DNA from: a virus
Taxonomy: Duplodnaviria > Caudoviricetes
Reading direction: 5' to 3' (one strand)
DNA length: 64,000 nt
IMG/VR virus record: IMGVR_UViG_3300037454_000334
Coordinates: 1-64,000 of that record
Part shown: positions 20,288-29,919 of the stretch, one piece after another
Numbering within the stretch: position 1 is the stretch's first letter
Layout: each line of letters starts with the position of its first letter
Translations under genes and position numbers: made by a program
The notes under the pieces: generated by a model
The model's input: only the letters and a program-made list of their open reading frames with translations
What the model was told of the DNA's origin: nothing
The model's database searches: none

Positions 20288-21292
20288 ATGAGTAAAGCAT
20301 TAAAGATTCTTTCCCGACCAAAGGGGAATGCCGAGGAATACGGCAAGTGGAGCGTGAACCCGTACAAGGGATGTAGTCACGGCTGTCTGTACTGCTACCT
20401 GAAGAAGGGTGCATGGGCGAACGGCCTGGGCGGTGACACGGCGCAGATGAAGACGGGAGTGGTCAGCGATGAGCACGCCTACCACCTGGCGATGGCAGAG
20501 ATCTTCGAGCACCGTAAGGAAATCATCCGCGACGGCGGGCTGTTCATGACGTTCACAAGTGATCCGTGCGCAGCTGAGACGAGATATTTGTTCTTCCGCA
20601 TTGCGACCCAGGCGACACAACATGATATCCCAGTGACGCTGCTGACGAAGAATGCCGACTTCTTCAAGTACAACACGATAGTAGGTCTTTTCGATGATGC
20701 CAAGCGCCTGGGAGCTCTTCCGAAAGACGAACTCGAAAAGGTCATACTTAATTCTTCGATGTTCAGCGCATTGATTGGGAATTACCCCTATATAAAACAG
20801 CAACTGGCCTTCGGCTGGACGCTGACGGGTCGCGACGAGCTGGAGCCTAACGCTTCGCCCAATGCAGAGCGTATTGCCACGATGAAGTGCATGAGCGACA
20901 AAGGCTACCTGACCTGGGCCTCGATCGAGCCGGTCATCGACTTCAAGTCGTCACTGGAGATGATATGCCAGGCGCTCGAAGCGGGCTGCAAGCACTTCAA
21001 GATCGGTCTGCTGACGGACAGGACCCGTGTCGTCCGCAAGCCGTTCAGCTTCGGCGATCATCATTTCGAGGCATACGACCTGGCTGAGTGCTGCTCGTTC
21101 ACAGGCTATGTGATGGAACTCACCCAGGGCCGCGCAACTGTCTACTGGAAGCAGTCGTTCTATGACTTCCTGCAGGGACCAGACAAGAAGAACCCGCAGC
21201 CTATCCACGGCATGACCGCCTATGAGTTCCTCCACCAGTGGTCCCACTCGGTCGATAAGGACTGGAGCATGTTTAACAATAATAAGGTCTGA
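20288..21292 (+). CDS. radical SAM protein (SplB/Rv2578c-like)
   Basis: NPYKGCSHGCLYCY, TSDP, LLTK, SIEPVI. Confidence 0.85.
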   Translation: MSKALKILSRPKGNAEEYGKWSVNPYKGCSHGCLYCYLKKGAWANGLGGDTAQMKTGVVSDEHAYHLAMAEIFEHRKEIIRDGGLFMTFTSDPCAAETRYLFFRIATQATQHDIPVTLLTKNADFFKYNTIVGLFDDAKRLGALPKDELEKVILNSSMFSALIGNYPYIKQQLAFGWTLTGRDELEPNASPNAERIATMKCMSDKGYLTWASIEPVIDFKSSLEMICQALEAGCKHFKIGLLTDRTRVVRKPFSFGDHHFEAYDLAECCSFTGYVMELTQGRATVYWKQSFYDFLQGPDKKNPQPIHGMTAYEFLHQWSHSVDKDWSMFNNNKV

Positions 21293-21295
21293 CGT

Positions 21296-21700
21296 ATGGC
21301 AAAGAAAAAGAACCAAAAGACATCGACCGAGATACTGCAGGAGATGGCCGACGACTTCGGCAGGATGGCGGAAGACATGAAAGCGCTGATGGAGGGCTAT
21401 ATCGGTCCGACGCAGCAGGAGTATATCGACAAGATCAATGCCAACTGGAACGGCTACAACTTCATCGTCGTATTCGGACACGTGTACCGACTGACCAACG
21501 AGAAGAAATACAAGGAGAACGGTGCCCTGCGCTGTCCGTGCGAGGTGTGCGAACTGAGCGACAAGTGCTGCAAAGACTCAGACCAGACGCTCTGCGGTCT
21601 TCTGAGTGCCGATACCGACGAGTACTTCTACGATGCCGGCGAGCTGGTCATCGACAAGCGCGGCAAGATGAAAGTCGAAAAATGGTATGGTGACAAATAA
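21296..21700 (+). CDS. hypothetical Cys-cluster protein
   Basis: CPCEVCELSDKCC. Confidence 0.7.
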   Translation: MAKKKNQKTSTEILQEMADDFGRMAEDMKALMEGYIGPTQQEYIDKINANWNGYNFIVVFGHVYRLTNEKKYKENGALRCPCEVCELSDKCCKDSDQTLCGLLSADTDEYFYDAGELVIDKRGKMKVEKWYGDK

Positions 21701-21712
21701 AGACTAAGATAT

Positions 21713-21922
21713 ATGGCAAAGAAAGTATTTCTCGGCAACGGACTATCCCGGACGGCGATGGTATTTAAGATTGCGACATTGGGGGGGGTAAAACTGACCG
21801 TGCCGCAGCTGAACAAGATCAAGAATGTCAATCCCCGTCAGCTGGAACGGGTGTATGACGAGGTAGTACGCATGGGCGACCAAGGCAACGCCCGCTTCGC
21901 ATTGAAACTGATATTGAAATAA
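21713..21922 (+). CDS. small hypothetical protein with in-frame G8 tract
   Basis: 69-aa ORF; GGGGGGGGTA at 21781-21790. Confidence 0.6.
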   Translation: MAKKVFLGNGLSRTAMVFKIATLGGVKLTVPQLNKIKNVNPRQLERVYDEVVRMGDQGNARFALKLILK

Positions 21923-21933
21923 AGAGACGGACA

Positions 21934-22215
21934 ATGTTTTCATTATTAGAGCAACATAAAGACGGGTCGTGGTGGTACCACCCTGGGGACACGTTCGATA
22001 CGGAGCAAGAAGTGGAGAAGTGCTTCCAGGAGACTTACTGGTGGGACCCAGAACGTCCACACATGACCTTCGAGCACGACGAGCCGATGTTTCAGGAATA
22101 CAGCACCTGTACGTTTGACTTCAAGACATTTCATTTCGGCGGTATGATCCACTGGCCGAAATCATTGGAAGGAACATTTTTTAAGAAGGAGGGATACTCA
22201 CAGAGTTCCTGTTAA
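21934..22215 (+). CDS. hypothetical phage protein
   Basis: Packed ORF. Confidence 0.65.
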   Translation: MFSLLEQHKDGSWWYHPGDTFDTEQEVEKCFQETYWWDPERPHMTFEHDEPMFQEYSTCTFDFKTFHFGGMIHWPKSLEGTFFKKEGYSQSSC

Positions 22216-22375
22216 AGTTATAAAAGAAGGTACATCAAAAGAAAAATTCATTTAATGAAATGCCCGAAACGGCTAAAGTGACTTTAGCATAATGGAAACC
22301 TAACTTTAGCATTATGCTTTACCCACTAAAGCGCAATGGGCAGGTTTTTGAGGAAATACAAAAAGATATAGCGAT

Positions 22376-22540
22376 ATGGAAATAACGAAGTATCTGTGCG
22401 AGTTCTTTTTCACGAACTTTTGGCATTGGCTCGGGCTGGTGGTTATCCTGTCCGTGATGTTCAAATTCGGGCTGGTGTCGTTCATCACCGACAACTCCAA
22501 GAAAATCGTGAAACAGGACGAAGAAAAAAAGGAGGACTGA
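22376..22540 (+). CDS. small membrane protein (54 aa, not in ORF track)
   Basis: MEITKYLCEFFFTNFWHWLGLVVIL...KKED*; ends in junction motif. Confidence 0.65.
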   Translation: MEITKYLCEFFFTNFWHWLGLVVILSVMFKFGLVSFITDNSKKIVKQDEEKKED

Positions 22541-22543
22541 CGG

Positions 22544-23483
22544 ATGATTGAACTCGACAAGATATACAACGAGGACTGCCTGGTGGGGATGCAGCGCATA
22601 CCAGACGAGACGGTGGACTGCGTAGTGACATCGCCACCCTATTATGCCCTGCGCGACTATGGCGTGGACAAACAGATAGGACTGGAGGCGTCGCTCGATG
22701 AGTATATTGACAAACTGGTAGCGGTGTTCGACGAGGTACGCCGAATACTGAAACCGACGGGTACGCTTTGGCTGAACATCGGCGACTGCTATGCCACAGG
22801 AACGAAAGCCGCCCGAAAGCAAAGCCCGAATCCAGGAGTAGGTGCAAACAATGAAGCGGCGCAAAACTCCGTGCCGCGTCTCGGCAACCCCGACGGATGC
22901 AAGACAAAAGACTTGGTGGGTGTACCTTGGATGCTTGCCTTTGCCCTGCGTCGTAGTGGCTGGTACTTGCGGCAGGACATCATCTGGTAGAAGCCCAATG
23001 CTATGCCCGAATCGGTGAAAGACCGCTGTGTGAAGTCGCACGAATACGTCTTCCTGCTGTCGAAGTCGAAGCGATACTTCATCGACTACGACGCTCTGCG
23101 AGAGCCAGCAGCCACGGGCGAACGTCCTAACGAAACGAACAAACGCAATGTGCAAGTCGAGGTGCCTGGGCATCAGAAGCAGTTCCGTGGCGGCAACCCT
23201 AACGACGGAAAGCGTACCAAGCGCGACGTGTGGTCCATCTGCGTCGAGCCCGGCTATGAAGGTCATCATGCTGCATTCCCTCTCTCGCTGCCACGTCAGT
23301 GTATCCTGCTCGGCTGTCCTACGGGGGGGGGTAATTCTCGACCCTTTCATGGGCTCAGGAACCACCGCCGTCGCCAGCATCATGGAAAAGCGGCACTTCA
23401 TCGGCTTCGAGCTCAACAAGGAGTATTATGACAAGGCTGTAAAGCGCATCCGACATGAACAGCGACAGCCAAGACTGTTTTAA
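22544..23483 (+). pseudogene. beta-class N4/N6 DNA methyltransferase interrupted by TAG (22988-22990) and a G9 frameshift (23323-23331)
   Basis: TSPPY, LWLNIGD, DIIW*KPNAMPESVKDR and HHAAFP, then GGVILDPFMGSGTT in another frame. Confidence 0.88.
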
Positions 23484-23501
23484 ACAAATAAAAGATATGT
23501 T

Positions 23502-23846
23502 ATGAGTACACAACCGACAACAAAGGACATCATGGATACGATTCCATTGACTCCAAGTAAAGGCGAGTGGCAGGCATCCAAAACCTACAACGAAGACGAA
23601 ATGGTGAGATTTGGAGAGGCAGAATATATGCGAGTCTGCAAGAAAGTCGCTGAGAAAAGGCTGAGAACGATGTTTTGGGTTTCGTTTATCGCGATGATAC
23701 TGGTGGGTATGTTTGGACTGGTGCTGCTGATCGCCGGCTGCCACAACATACTTTTAGAAATCTATGGCTGTATGCAATTTGCAACGGTTACAGTTCATGC
23801 CTACTATACCTGGCGGTGTTATAAACAGGATATTTGTATTGATTGA
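23502..23846 (+). CDS. membrane protein
   Basis: Two hydrophobic segments. Confidence 0.65.
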   Translation: MSTQPTTKDIMDTIPLTPSKGEWQASKTYNEDEMVRFGEAEYMRVCKKVAEKRLRTMFWVSFIAMILVGMFGLVLLIAGCHNILLEIYGCMQFATVTVHAYYTWRCYKQDICID

Positions 23847-23996
23847 GATATGGCAAAGGAACAAGAGAAAAGGACGACGCCGGTCGCATCGACGACATCG
23901 CAGCCGCCATGAATCAGAAGGGTAACTGACGAATGATTAAAAATTGACAGAATGGGATTTTGACGAAAAATAGCGAGAAATAGACGTATAGGGCTC

Positions 23997-24062
23997 CCGA
24001 AGAAAAGGTATATCGTTTCCGAAGAAAAGGTATATCGTTTCCGAAGAAACGCAGTATCGTTT
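23997..24062. repeat. three tandem 22-bp iteron-like repeats
   Basis: ccgaagaaaaggtatatcgttt twice, plus degenerate ccgaagaaacgcagtatcgttt, intergenic. Confidence 0.9.
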
Positions 24063-24127
24063 GATTTCGAGGCCAAAAACATCCTTTCCGAGACCGACAA
24101 AAGTTAAAGATAAAAATAATAGACAAT

Positions 24128-24613
24128 ATGAAAGTTATTCAGCGCAATGCGTCCGACGCGGAGATTTTCGGACGGATGATGAAGGCGGCACAGCACGGGA
24201 CGTTCGACGGACTTACGCCTGACAACGGCACACTGCCGCCGCACCTTGACGAGTGCCGGTGGTGGATTGAGCGGTGGGACTGCTTGGCGATACTGACACG
24301 CGACGTGGGCTACCATTCCAGCGGCTGGTGGAAGAATCCCGACTACGAGCGGTGCTATCACCTGAGCGTGTCGTTCCCCGGCGGCTTCAAGCGCAAGGCC
24401 GTGGAGCAACTGTTGAAAGGACTGTTTGGCGACAACCGCCGATGGACGTGGTGCGAGGGGCCTTACACCGCCGAAGGCAAGCAGTGCGGCGTATTCCACT
24501 ACCGACTGTTCTGCGACCCCGCATGGCAGCCGCTGAAGCCACGTGGGGAGGTCTATACCCGCGAGTTCACCGAGGCAGGATGGAAGAGTTATTCAGAATT
24601 GCATCAATTATAA
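24128..24613 (+). CDS. hypothetical phage protein
   Basis: 161 aa; HLSVSF motif. Confidence 0.75.
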   Translation: MKVIQRNASDAEIFGRMMKAAQHGTFDGLTPDNGTLPPHLDECRWWIERWDCLAILTRDVGYHSSGWWKNPDYERCYHLSVSFPGGFKRKAVEQLLKGLFGDNRRWTWCEGPYTAEGKQCGVFHYRLFCDPAWQPLKPRGEVYTREFTEAGWKSYSELHQL

Positions 24614-24633
24614 ACATTTAATTATTTGGCGAT

Positions 24634-25362
24634 ATGAACTACGAAGAACTGACACAGCAAGTAAAGGCGCTGGAAAAGGAACAGAAAGAGATTGAACGGT
24701 CGATTGAGGCAAAAATCCGTCGGCGCGACAAGAAGATTCTTGACCTGAAACTGCAATACATCGAGGAGCATCAGCCGCTGGCGCTGAAACGCTTCCAGCG
24801 GATTAAAGTGAGGGCAAGGGTGACAGAGGCATCGCGCAAGATGTTGACCGATGAAGCCCGCAATGAGAAGAGGTACGCATTGGGAGCTACCTATACCATT
24901 ATAGGAGTGTTTAACAGCTATTTCATTAACGACAACGGAGAGGTTGCGCCCTGCTTCTACGGCAAAGGAGATTATCGTGGCCGCTACGACGAAATACTCT
25001 CCGTGGAGCTGACGGAAAACCAGCCGGAGGGCAACTGCAACAAGTGCCTGAAAGCAAAGGAAGGACATTGCTACATGATGGGCGGCAAGGACATGGGGCA
25101 AAAGTATGCCGTTTGGAAGATTGAGGAAGACAAGATGGTGCCGTGTCCTAAGTACGAAGAAGTGGTCGAAGGTGGCCTCTATGGCATCAAAAGCTGGATA
25201 TATCCAATATATTACCCGAAAGTCACCAAGGTAAGGACTGAGGACGGCAAATGGAAGTATCGCCTCTATGAAGGCAACTGTAACTGCTTCTGCGAATACG
25301 ACGAGCAGCATATAAAGAAATACTATACTCACGAACCACAGAACTACGATGATGACAAATAA
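24634..25362 (+). CDS. hypothetical phage protein
   Basis: 242-aa ORF. Confidence 0.75.
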   Translation: MNYEELTQQVKALEKEQKEIERSIEAKIRRRDKKILDLKLQYIEEHQPLALKRFQRIKVRARVTEASRKMLTDEARNEKRYALGATYTIIGVFNSYFINDNGEVAPCFYGKGDYRGRYDEILSVELTENQPEGNCNKCLKAKEGHCYMMGGKDMGQKYAVWKIEEDKMVPCPKYEEVVEGGLYGIKSWIYPIYYPKVTKVRTEDGKWKYRLYEGNCNCFCEYDEQHIKKYYTHEPQNYDDDK

Positions 25363-25408
25363 CGATATCAAACGGGGTCTAACCCTTTGTGAGAAAAAGG
25401 AATAAGAT

Positions 25409-25672
25409 ATGGCAGCAACAGATTATGTAATTGTGACGGGATGGATGAATGCCTACCTCACGAAGAAAAAGAAGCCCACGAAGAAGGGGCCGCAGACAAT
25501 GAGTGAAGACCGCCGACCCATCACCGAAGGCGAAATGATTGGACTCTTTGAGTTCTATCTGCGCAAATGGTGTGAGGAACATGAAGGCGAGGACACCGTA
25601 GTAATCACCAACAGCGACGGCAAGAAGATATTCGAGGCGACGCTGTTAGATAAGGAGGATAAGGAACTATGA
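25409..25672 (+). CDS. hypothetical phage protein
   Basis: Packed ORF. Confidence 0.7.
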   Translation: MAATDYVIVTGWMNAYLTKKKKPTKKGPQTMSEDRRPITEGEMIGLFEFYLRKWCEEHEGEDTVVITNSDGKKIFEATLLDKEDKEL

Positions 25673-26121
25673 AGTACATTGAAGCAGAGAAAATCACAGC
25701 CGAGATTGATAAGATTATCGACGGGCTGAAAAGAAATTGTAACCCCGACCCATTGGGTACAACGGAAGAATGTTTGGCAGATGCCGAGATTGAGGCACTT
25801 GGGCTGGTGAAGGACATCATCGGTAAGATGAAGCAGGAAGAACCGACACCTCCAGGCATCGAAGAGGAAAGTCAGCGAAAAGGCTGGCTCGACTACGGAC
25901 TGATGATGAGCGAGATTGGATTGCACCGCTACAATGCGATACACCGCATCAAGGAGCACAAGGAGCAGTTCAACCCCCAGGCAGTTCCCGACCTCTATCA
26001 CGTCGCAGAATACTATAAGTCTGTAGGCGCGGAACTAACCTGCTGCTGCCTACAGGCATACGGCAAGGACTTCATCTTCACACAGGATGAGGTAAAGGAA
26101 ATCATCGAGAAGAAGGACTGA
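25669..26121 (+). CDS. hypothetical phage protein
   Basis: Packed ORF. Confidence 0.7.
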   Translation: MKYIEAEKITAEIDKIIDGLKRNCNPDPLGTTEECLADAEIEALGLVKDIIGKMKQEEPTPPGIEEESQRKGWLDYGLMMSEIGLHRYNAIHRIKEHKEQFNPQAVPDLYHVAEYYKSVGAELTCCCLQAYGKDFIFTQDEVKEIIEKKD

Positions 26122-26124
26122 CCA

Positions 26125-26475
26125 ATGATGACCCACGACGAAATTTCACGCTTCTTCAGCGAGGAAGACGTAAAGAAGGCTTTCCAACTACCAGACTGGC
26201 CTGCGGGTACGGAGGTGGTGTGTTATTGCCGCTCTACCGACAGCCGAGACACCATTGAGCAGATAGCCCAGCAGAGGCAGTGGAAGATTGTGAAGTACGT
26301 TCACATCGACGAACTGCCGATAGCCAAGCTCTACGAGCCTGGGCAGGTGATATTCGCCAAGCGCGAGGCGTTGGAGTGGAAAAGAGATTCAACGATGCCG
26401 ACCTACGAAGAATGGCGCAATCAGATGCTGGGCGGTCTGCGTCCGTCGGACTGGGATAGATTCATAGTAAGATAA
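26125..26475 (+). CDS. hypothetical phage protein
   Basis: Packed ORF. Confidence 0.7.
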   Translation: MMTHDEISRFFSEEDVKKAFQLPDWPAGTEVVCYCRSTDSRDTIEQIAQQRQWKIVKYVHIDELPIAKLYEPGQVIFAKREALEWKRDSTMPTYEEWRNQMLGGLRPSDWDRFIVR

Positions 26476-26491
26476 TTAAAAGGAATACGAT

Positions 26492-27256
26492 ATGAAAGAA
26501 GTAACATTATATGGCGGCACGATTGACAGCTGCCTGAAGGGTTTAAGGGAAATGGCCGCTGCCGACGAGAGCGGCGAGGTGTTGAAGGCCGTGTTCAATG
26601 ACAAGTACCTGCTTTCGACCGACACCGACGATGACGCATATCTGCGCATCACGGGCATGACGAAGGCCGAACACGACGAGTACGTGAGGAAGTGGCAGGA
26701 GGACTACGAGGCCAAGCGGAAGGCGCACGAAGCCCGCATCCCCGAACTGACGGAGCACTACCGCAAGGTGGCTCGCGGCGTGATCATCGAGAGCGAACTG
26801 GAGTATTGGGACGAGATAGTGCCCATCCGTCTCGGCGACATCTACCGTGGCATGGAGCTTGACCAGGTGCTCGACTGTGCCAGGGTGATGCGCGACGAGA
26901 CGCTGAGCCGTATAGAGCGACTGCGCAAGGCTTACAAGATTTTCAACGATGCCGGTCACAGCGGCATGTCGGCGGGGCTGACGATGGCGATGCTACGCCG
27001 CTTCTGTCCCGACGGCAACGAGCTGGCCGATGCCTGCAACGAGTCCCGCTACGACCCCGACCACAAGACGAAGCTGTACGTCAGCCGCGACGGTGACGGC
27101 AAGCTGCTCCTGCACTTTGCCTATCCGCATTGGGGCGACAACCACGACTTCCGCAGCCCGAACCAAGTGGAGCTGAACCCGCTGCTGTTCCCGGAGGTGA
27201 AGCCCGGCAGTAGGGTGGAGTACGAGGCAGGAGAGGTGTTTGATACGAATAGATAA
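26492..27256 (+). CDS. hypothetical phage protein
   Basis: 254 aa; GHSGMS motif. Confidence 0.75.
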   Translation: MKEVTLYGGTIDSCLKGLREMAAADESGEVLKAVFNDKYLLSTDTDDDAYLRITGMTKAEHDEYVRKWQEDYEAKRKAHEARIPELTEHYRKVARGVIIESELEYWDEIVPIRLGDIYRGMELDQVLDCARVMRDETLSRIERLRKAYKIFNDAGHSGMSAGLTMAMLRRFCPDGNELADACNESRYDPDHKTKLYVSRDGDGKLLLHFAYPHWGDNHDFRSPNQVELNPLLFPEVKPGSRVEYEAGEVFDTNR

Positions 27257-27267
27257 GGAATACGACA

Positions 27268-27591
27268 ATGACAGATTTTGAGACTGCAATGCTCTCGTTC
27301 CTGCAGGATGCGCAGAACGAGTTTAACAGCGAGAAGGAGGTGGAGCACTTCATCGGGAAGCACGCTCCCAAGTTGATGGAAGCCGCCCGCAAGCAGCTGA
27401 TGGCGGAGATTTGGCACAAGGAGTCGGAACACCCCGGCAACAGGCATCCGTACCCCGTGCTCAATCCAGACGGGGAAATGGCATACGCTTACTACGAGGA
27501 ACTGTGCGGCTGGCAGTTCGACCGGGACTTCAAGCGCAGCACACGTATGCTCTGGCTCGACATCGAGAAGATTTTACCAAAGGAGGACTGA
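27268..27591 (+). CDS. hypothetical phage protein
   Basis: Packed ORF ending KED*. Confidence 0.7.
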   Translation: MTDFETAMLSFLQDAQNEFNSEKEVEHFIGKHAPKLMEAARKQLMAEIWHKESEHPGNRHPYPVLNPDGEMAYAYYEELCGWQFDRDFKRSTRMLWLDIEKILPKED

Positions 27592-27594
27592 CGT

Positions 27595-27720
27595 ATGTGC
27601 GACCCAAATAATTCGCTCTACCGAGAGTATATCCACTATAAGGCTTTAGAAGCTGACTGTGGGATAGTATCTTCAACGACGTTTGAAGAGTGGCTTACAA
27701 ACCGCCGCAAGAATAAATAA
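27595..27720 (+). CDS. small hypothetical protein (41 aa)
   Basis: ATG after junction motif; fills the gap exactly. Confidence 0.5.
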   Translation: MCDPNNSLYREYIHYKALEADCGIVSSTTFEEWLTNRRKNK

Positions 27721-27737
27721 TTAAAAGGAATACGACA

Positions 27738-28133
27738 ATGAGCAACATTAACGACATTCCCACATTCGAGGTGCCAAAGCCTGACCCTGAACTGATGCGT
27801 GTCCCAAAAATCACGATGAAGACACGTCTTCGATTGGAGCGTAAGTATGGCATTGAGGTCAATCGCAGACTGCCGCGACGGCTGAAGAAGGCGGCGAGGC
27901 ACGTGGACTTCGAGGTGTGCGACATGCAGCCGATGGCGGACGTGTCGGCGGACGATCGCAGCGTGGTCATGCGGCTCGACGTGGACTACCGCGTGAGGAT
28001 GCGTCCGGCGGGCTACCCTCGGACGCGGCAGGTGCAGCGGTTCGTCGCCCTCTTCCGCCGCAAGTTGGGGCAGGACGGCGACAAAGGCCCCCAGTGCGAA
28101 TACACCGACTGCCCGCTGTGCAACGGGAACTGA
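27738..28133 (+). CDS. hypothetical basic protein
   Basis: Packed ORF. Confidence 0.65.
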   Translation: MSNINDIPTFEVPKPDPELMRVPKITMKTRLRLERKYGIEVNRRLPRRLKKAARHVDFEVCDMQPMADVSADDRSVVMRLDVDYRVRMRPAGYPRTRQVQRFVALFRRKLGQDGDKGPQCEYTDCPLCNGN

Positions 28134-28169
28134 AAAGGAATTATAAACATTTTAATAAATTTAGGCGAA

Positions 28170-28508
28170 ATGATTTGCAAGAATTGTGGAACAAGAATGG
28201 TGCGTGACACCTCAAAGGTGCTTACGTCGATACCGCCGCAGTATGAGTACAAGTGCGCGAAATGCGGCTGTATGGCTTATGGAACGATTGAAGCCGATTG
28301 GAATGATGCCTATGGGCAGGAGTCGATAGAGGACATCCTTACAGGCAAGAACGAGAAGCCGACCAATGCCGTAGAGCAGATGATTGGCTTTCTGACCTCT
28401 CCGATAGCAAGGCGCAAGGGCGTGACGATTTCTTCCGACGACTGCGCTGTATGGGCTGACGAGCTGAAGAACTTTTTAGCGGGTAAGGAGCCGACACCGA
28501 TGGTATGA
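28170..28508 (+). CDS. Zn-ribbon protein
   Basis: CKNCG...LTSIPPQYEYKCAKCG. Confidence 0.75.
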   Translation: MICKNCGTRMVRDTSKVLTSIPPQYEYKCAKCGCMAYGTIEADWNDAYGQESIEDILTGKNEKPTNAVEQMIGFLTSPIARRKGVTISSDDCAVWADELKNFLAGKEPTPMV

Positions 28509-28957
28509 AGAATCTGCATCAAGACTTTTACAAGGTCGCGTTCCTGCTGGCAGGATTGTCAGCACTCCACGTTGCAATGGCGAATTGGCTTGGTTTTGCC
28601 GTTCAGTTGATAATTGCGCTTTTCTTTGCTTGCTTGGGCTTTGCCGTACAAGGTAAGAACAAGAGAGACGAAGAGAAGCGTGAGATTGCCGCTCGTGCAG
28701 AAGCGTTTGAGCAATTTCGTGCGGCCTGCGAAAAGAAATGCGAGGAAGCAAAGAATGACCCCGAACATTACGGCGAGCGTCCAGTAGTCCTCGACTTCGG
28801 CAACGGCATCAAGATTCCCGTTCCGTTGAAGACCCCAGGTAAAAACTGGCAGGTAGGCTTCTATGAGCAGAAGGAGGGCACCATATTGCCGTATCTGCAT
28901 GAGACCGACAAGCCGGAGGAGCCAGACTATAACATTAAAAAGGAAAGCGAAGTATGA
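28505..28957 (+). CDS. membrane protein
   Basis: Two N-terminal TM helices. Confidence 0.7.
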   Translation: MKNLHQDFYKVAFLLAGLSALHVAMANWLGFAVQLIIALFFACLGFAVQGKNKRDEEKREIAARAEAFEQFRAACEKKCEEAKNDPEHYGERPVVLDFGNGIKIPVPLKTPGKNWQVGFYEQKEGTILPYLHETDKPEEPDYNIKKESEV

Positions 28958-29022
28958 CAAGAATCATCAAATTCAGAGGAAAGACAGAGGGCGGCGAGTG
29001 GATAAATGGAAATCATGGATAA
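28954..29022 (+). pseudogene. YopX-family N-terminal remnant
   Basis: MTRIIKFRGKTEGGEWINGNHG* matches the YopX start motif IKFRGK...GEW..G, then stops. Confidence 0.6.
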
Positions 29023-29039
29023 ACAGAAAGACGGAGATA

Positions 29040-29470
29040 TGAAACAGACAGAAGAAATCAAGGCGATGATTCGCGAGATGATGAATCAGGAGATGGAGAA
29101 CTTCAAGGAGGCCGTCAGCAACGGCGAGGCTGAGGAAACGGCTTCCCCCGTGGTCTATGGGATGCTGCAAGTGCTGATGGCGAAAATCGAAGCGATGCCG
29201 AAGGTATGGCACAAGCCTGACGAAGAACCAGACCGCACACGAGAGCCTATACTCCGGTTACATCGTGATATGTCGGCTGGTACGCTGTTCTTCAGTATGA
29301 TGAAAAGCGAGGAAGAGGTGCAGATGATGATGGAGGGCATCGTGGCATGGTGTTACTTTGAAGACTTGTTGCCACAATGGATTAAGGTTTACGACTATGA
29401 CAAGCTGAATACAAAGAAGGGTGTGATACGCGACGATGAATTGGATAGCAATATGACAAAGGAGGACTGA
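29040..29470 (+). CDS. hypothetical phage protein
   Basis: ORF ending KED*. Confidence 0.7.
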
Positions 29471-29473
29471 ACT

Positions 29474-29908
29474 ATGCAACCACACATACAATACACAACC
29501 GCTGACTTCGCGCACATCGCAGCGACGGAGTTTGCGGACTACGGGTTTCACTTGACGCAGAAGTGGCAGCACTGCAAGCGCATTACAGAGCGCGACTACC
29601 GCAATGCCTATATCCTTTGGGCGATGCGGAGGTTCGGCGATGTGGACGTGGCGCGGGAGTTCCTCGACTATGCCATGCCTGACATGTTCGACCCCGTTTG
29701 TGACATCAACGGACTGCGCATGAGCCAGCTCAAAGCGATGGACAAGGAGCAGATGACTGAGCGTGTCCGTACCGACGTGCGGAACCTTGCCTTAGCAGCA
29801 AGATGCGACATCAAGACGGCCTGGGATAAGTTGGAGCGGCTGATGCCCGACCTGTACGACTACAGGCCAGTGACCGACGAAGAGAAACAAAAATGGTATT
29901 ACATATAA
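29474..29908 (+). CDS. hypothetical phage protein
   Basis: Packed ORF. Confidence 0.7.
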   Translation: MQPHIQYTTADFAHIAATEFADYGFHLTQKWQHCKRITERDYRNAYILWAMRRFGDVDVAREFLDYAMPDMFDPVCDINGLRMSQLKAMDKEQMTERVRTDVRNLALAARCDIKTAWDKLERLMPDLYDYRPVTDEEKQKWYYI

Positions 29909-29919
29909 TCAATGGCGAT

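Noticed and set aside
22988-22990. Genome-wide TAG-to-Gln recoding (code 15)
   Set aside because: Long genes (902 aa, >2000 aa) have no internal TAG, and several genes end cleanly at TAG (e.g. 47047, 47588, 51743).
23997-24062. CRISPR array
   Set aside because: Repeats are contiguous with no spacers, and there are no cas genes.
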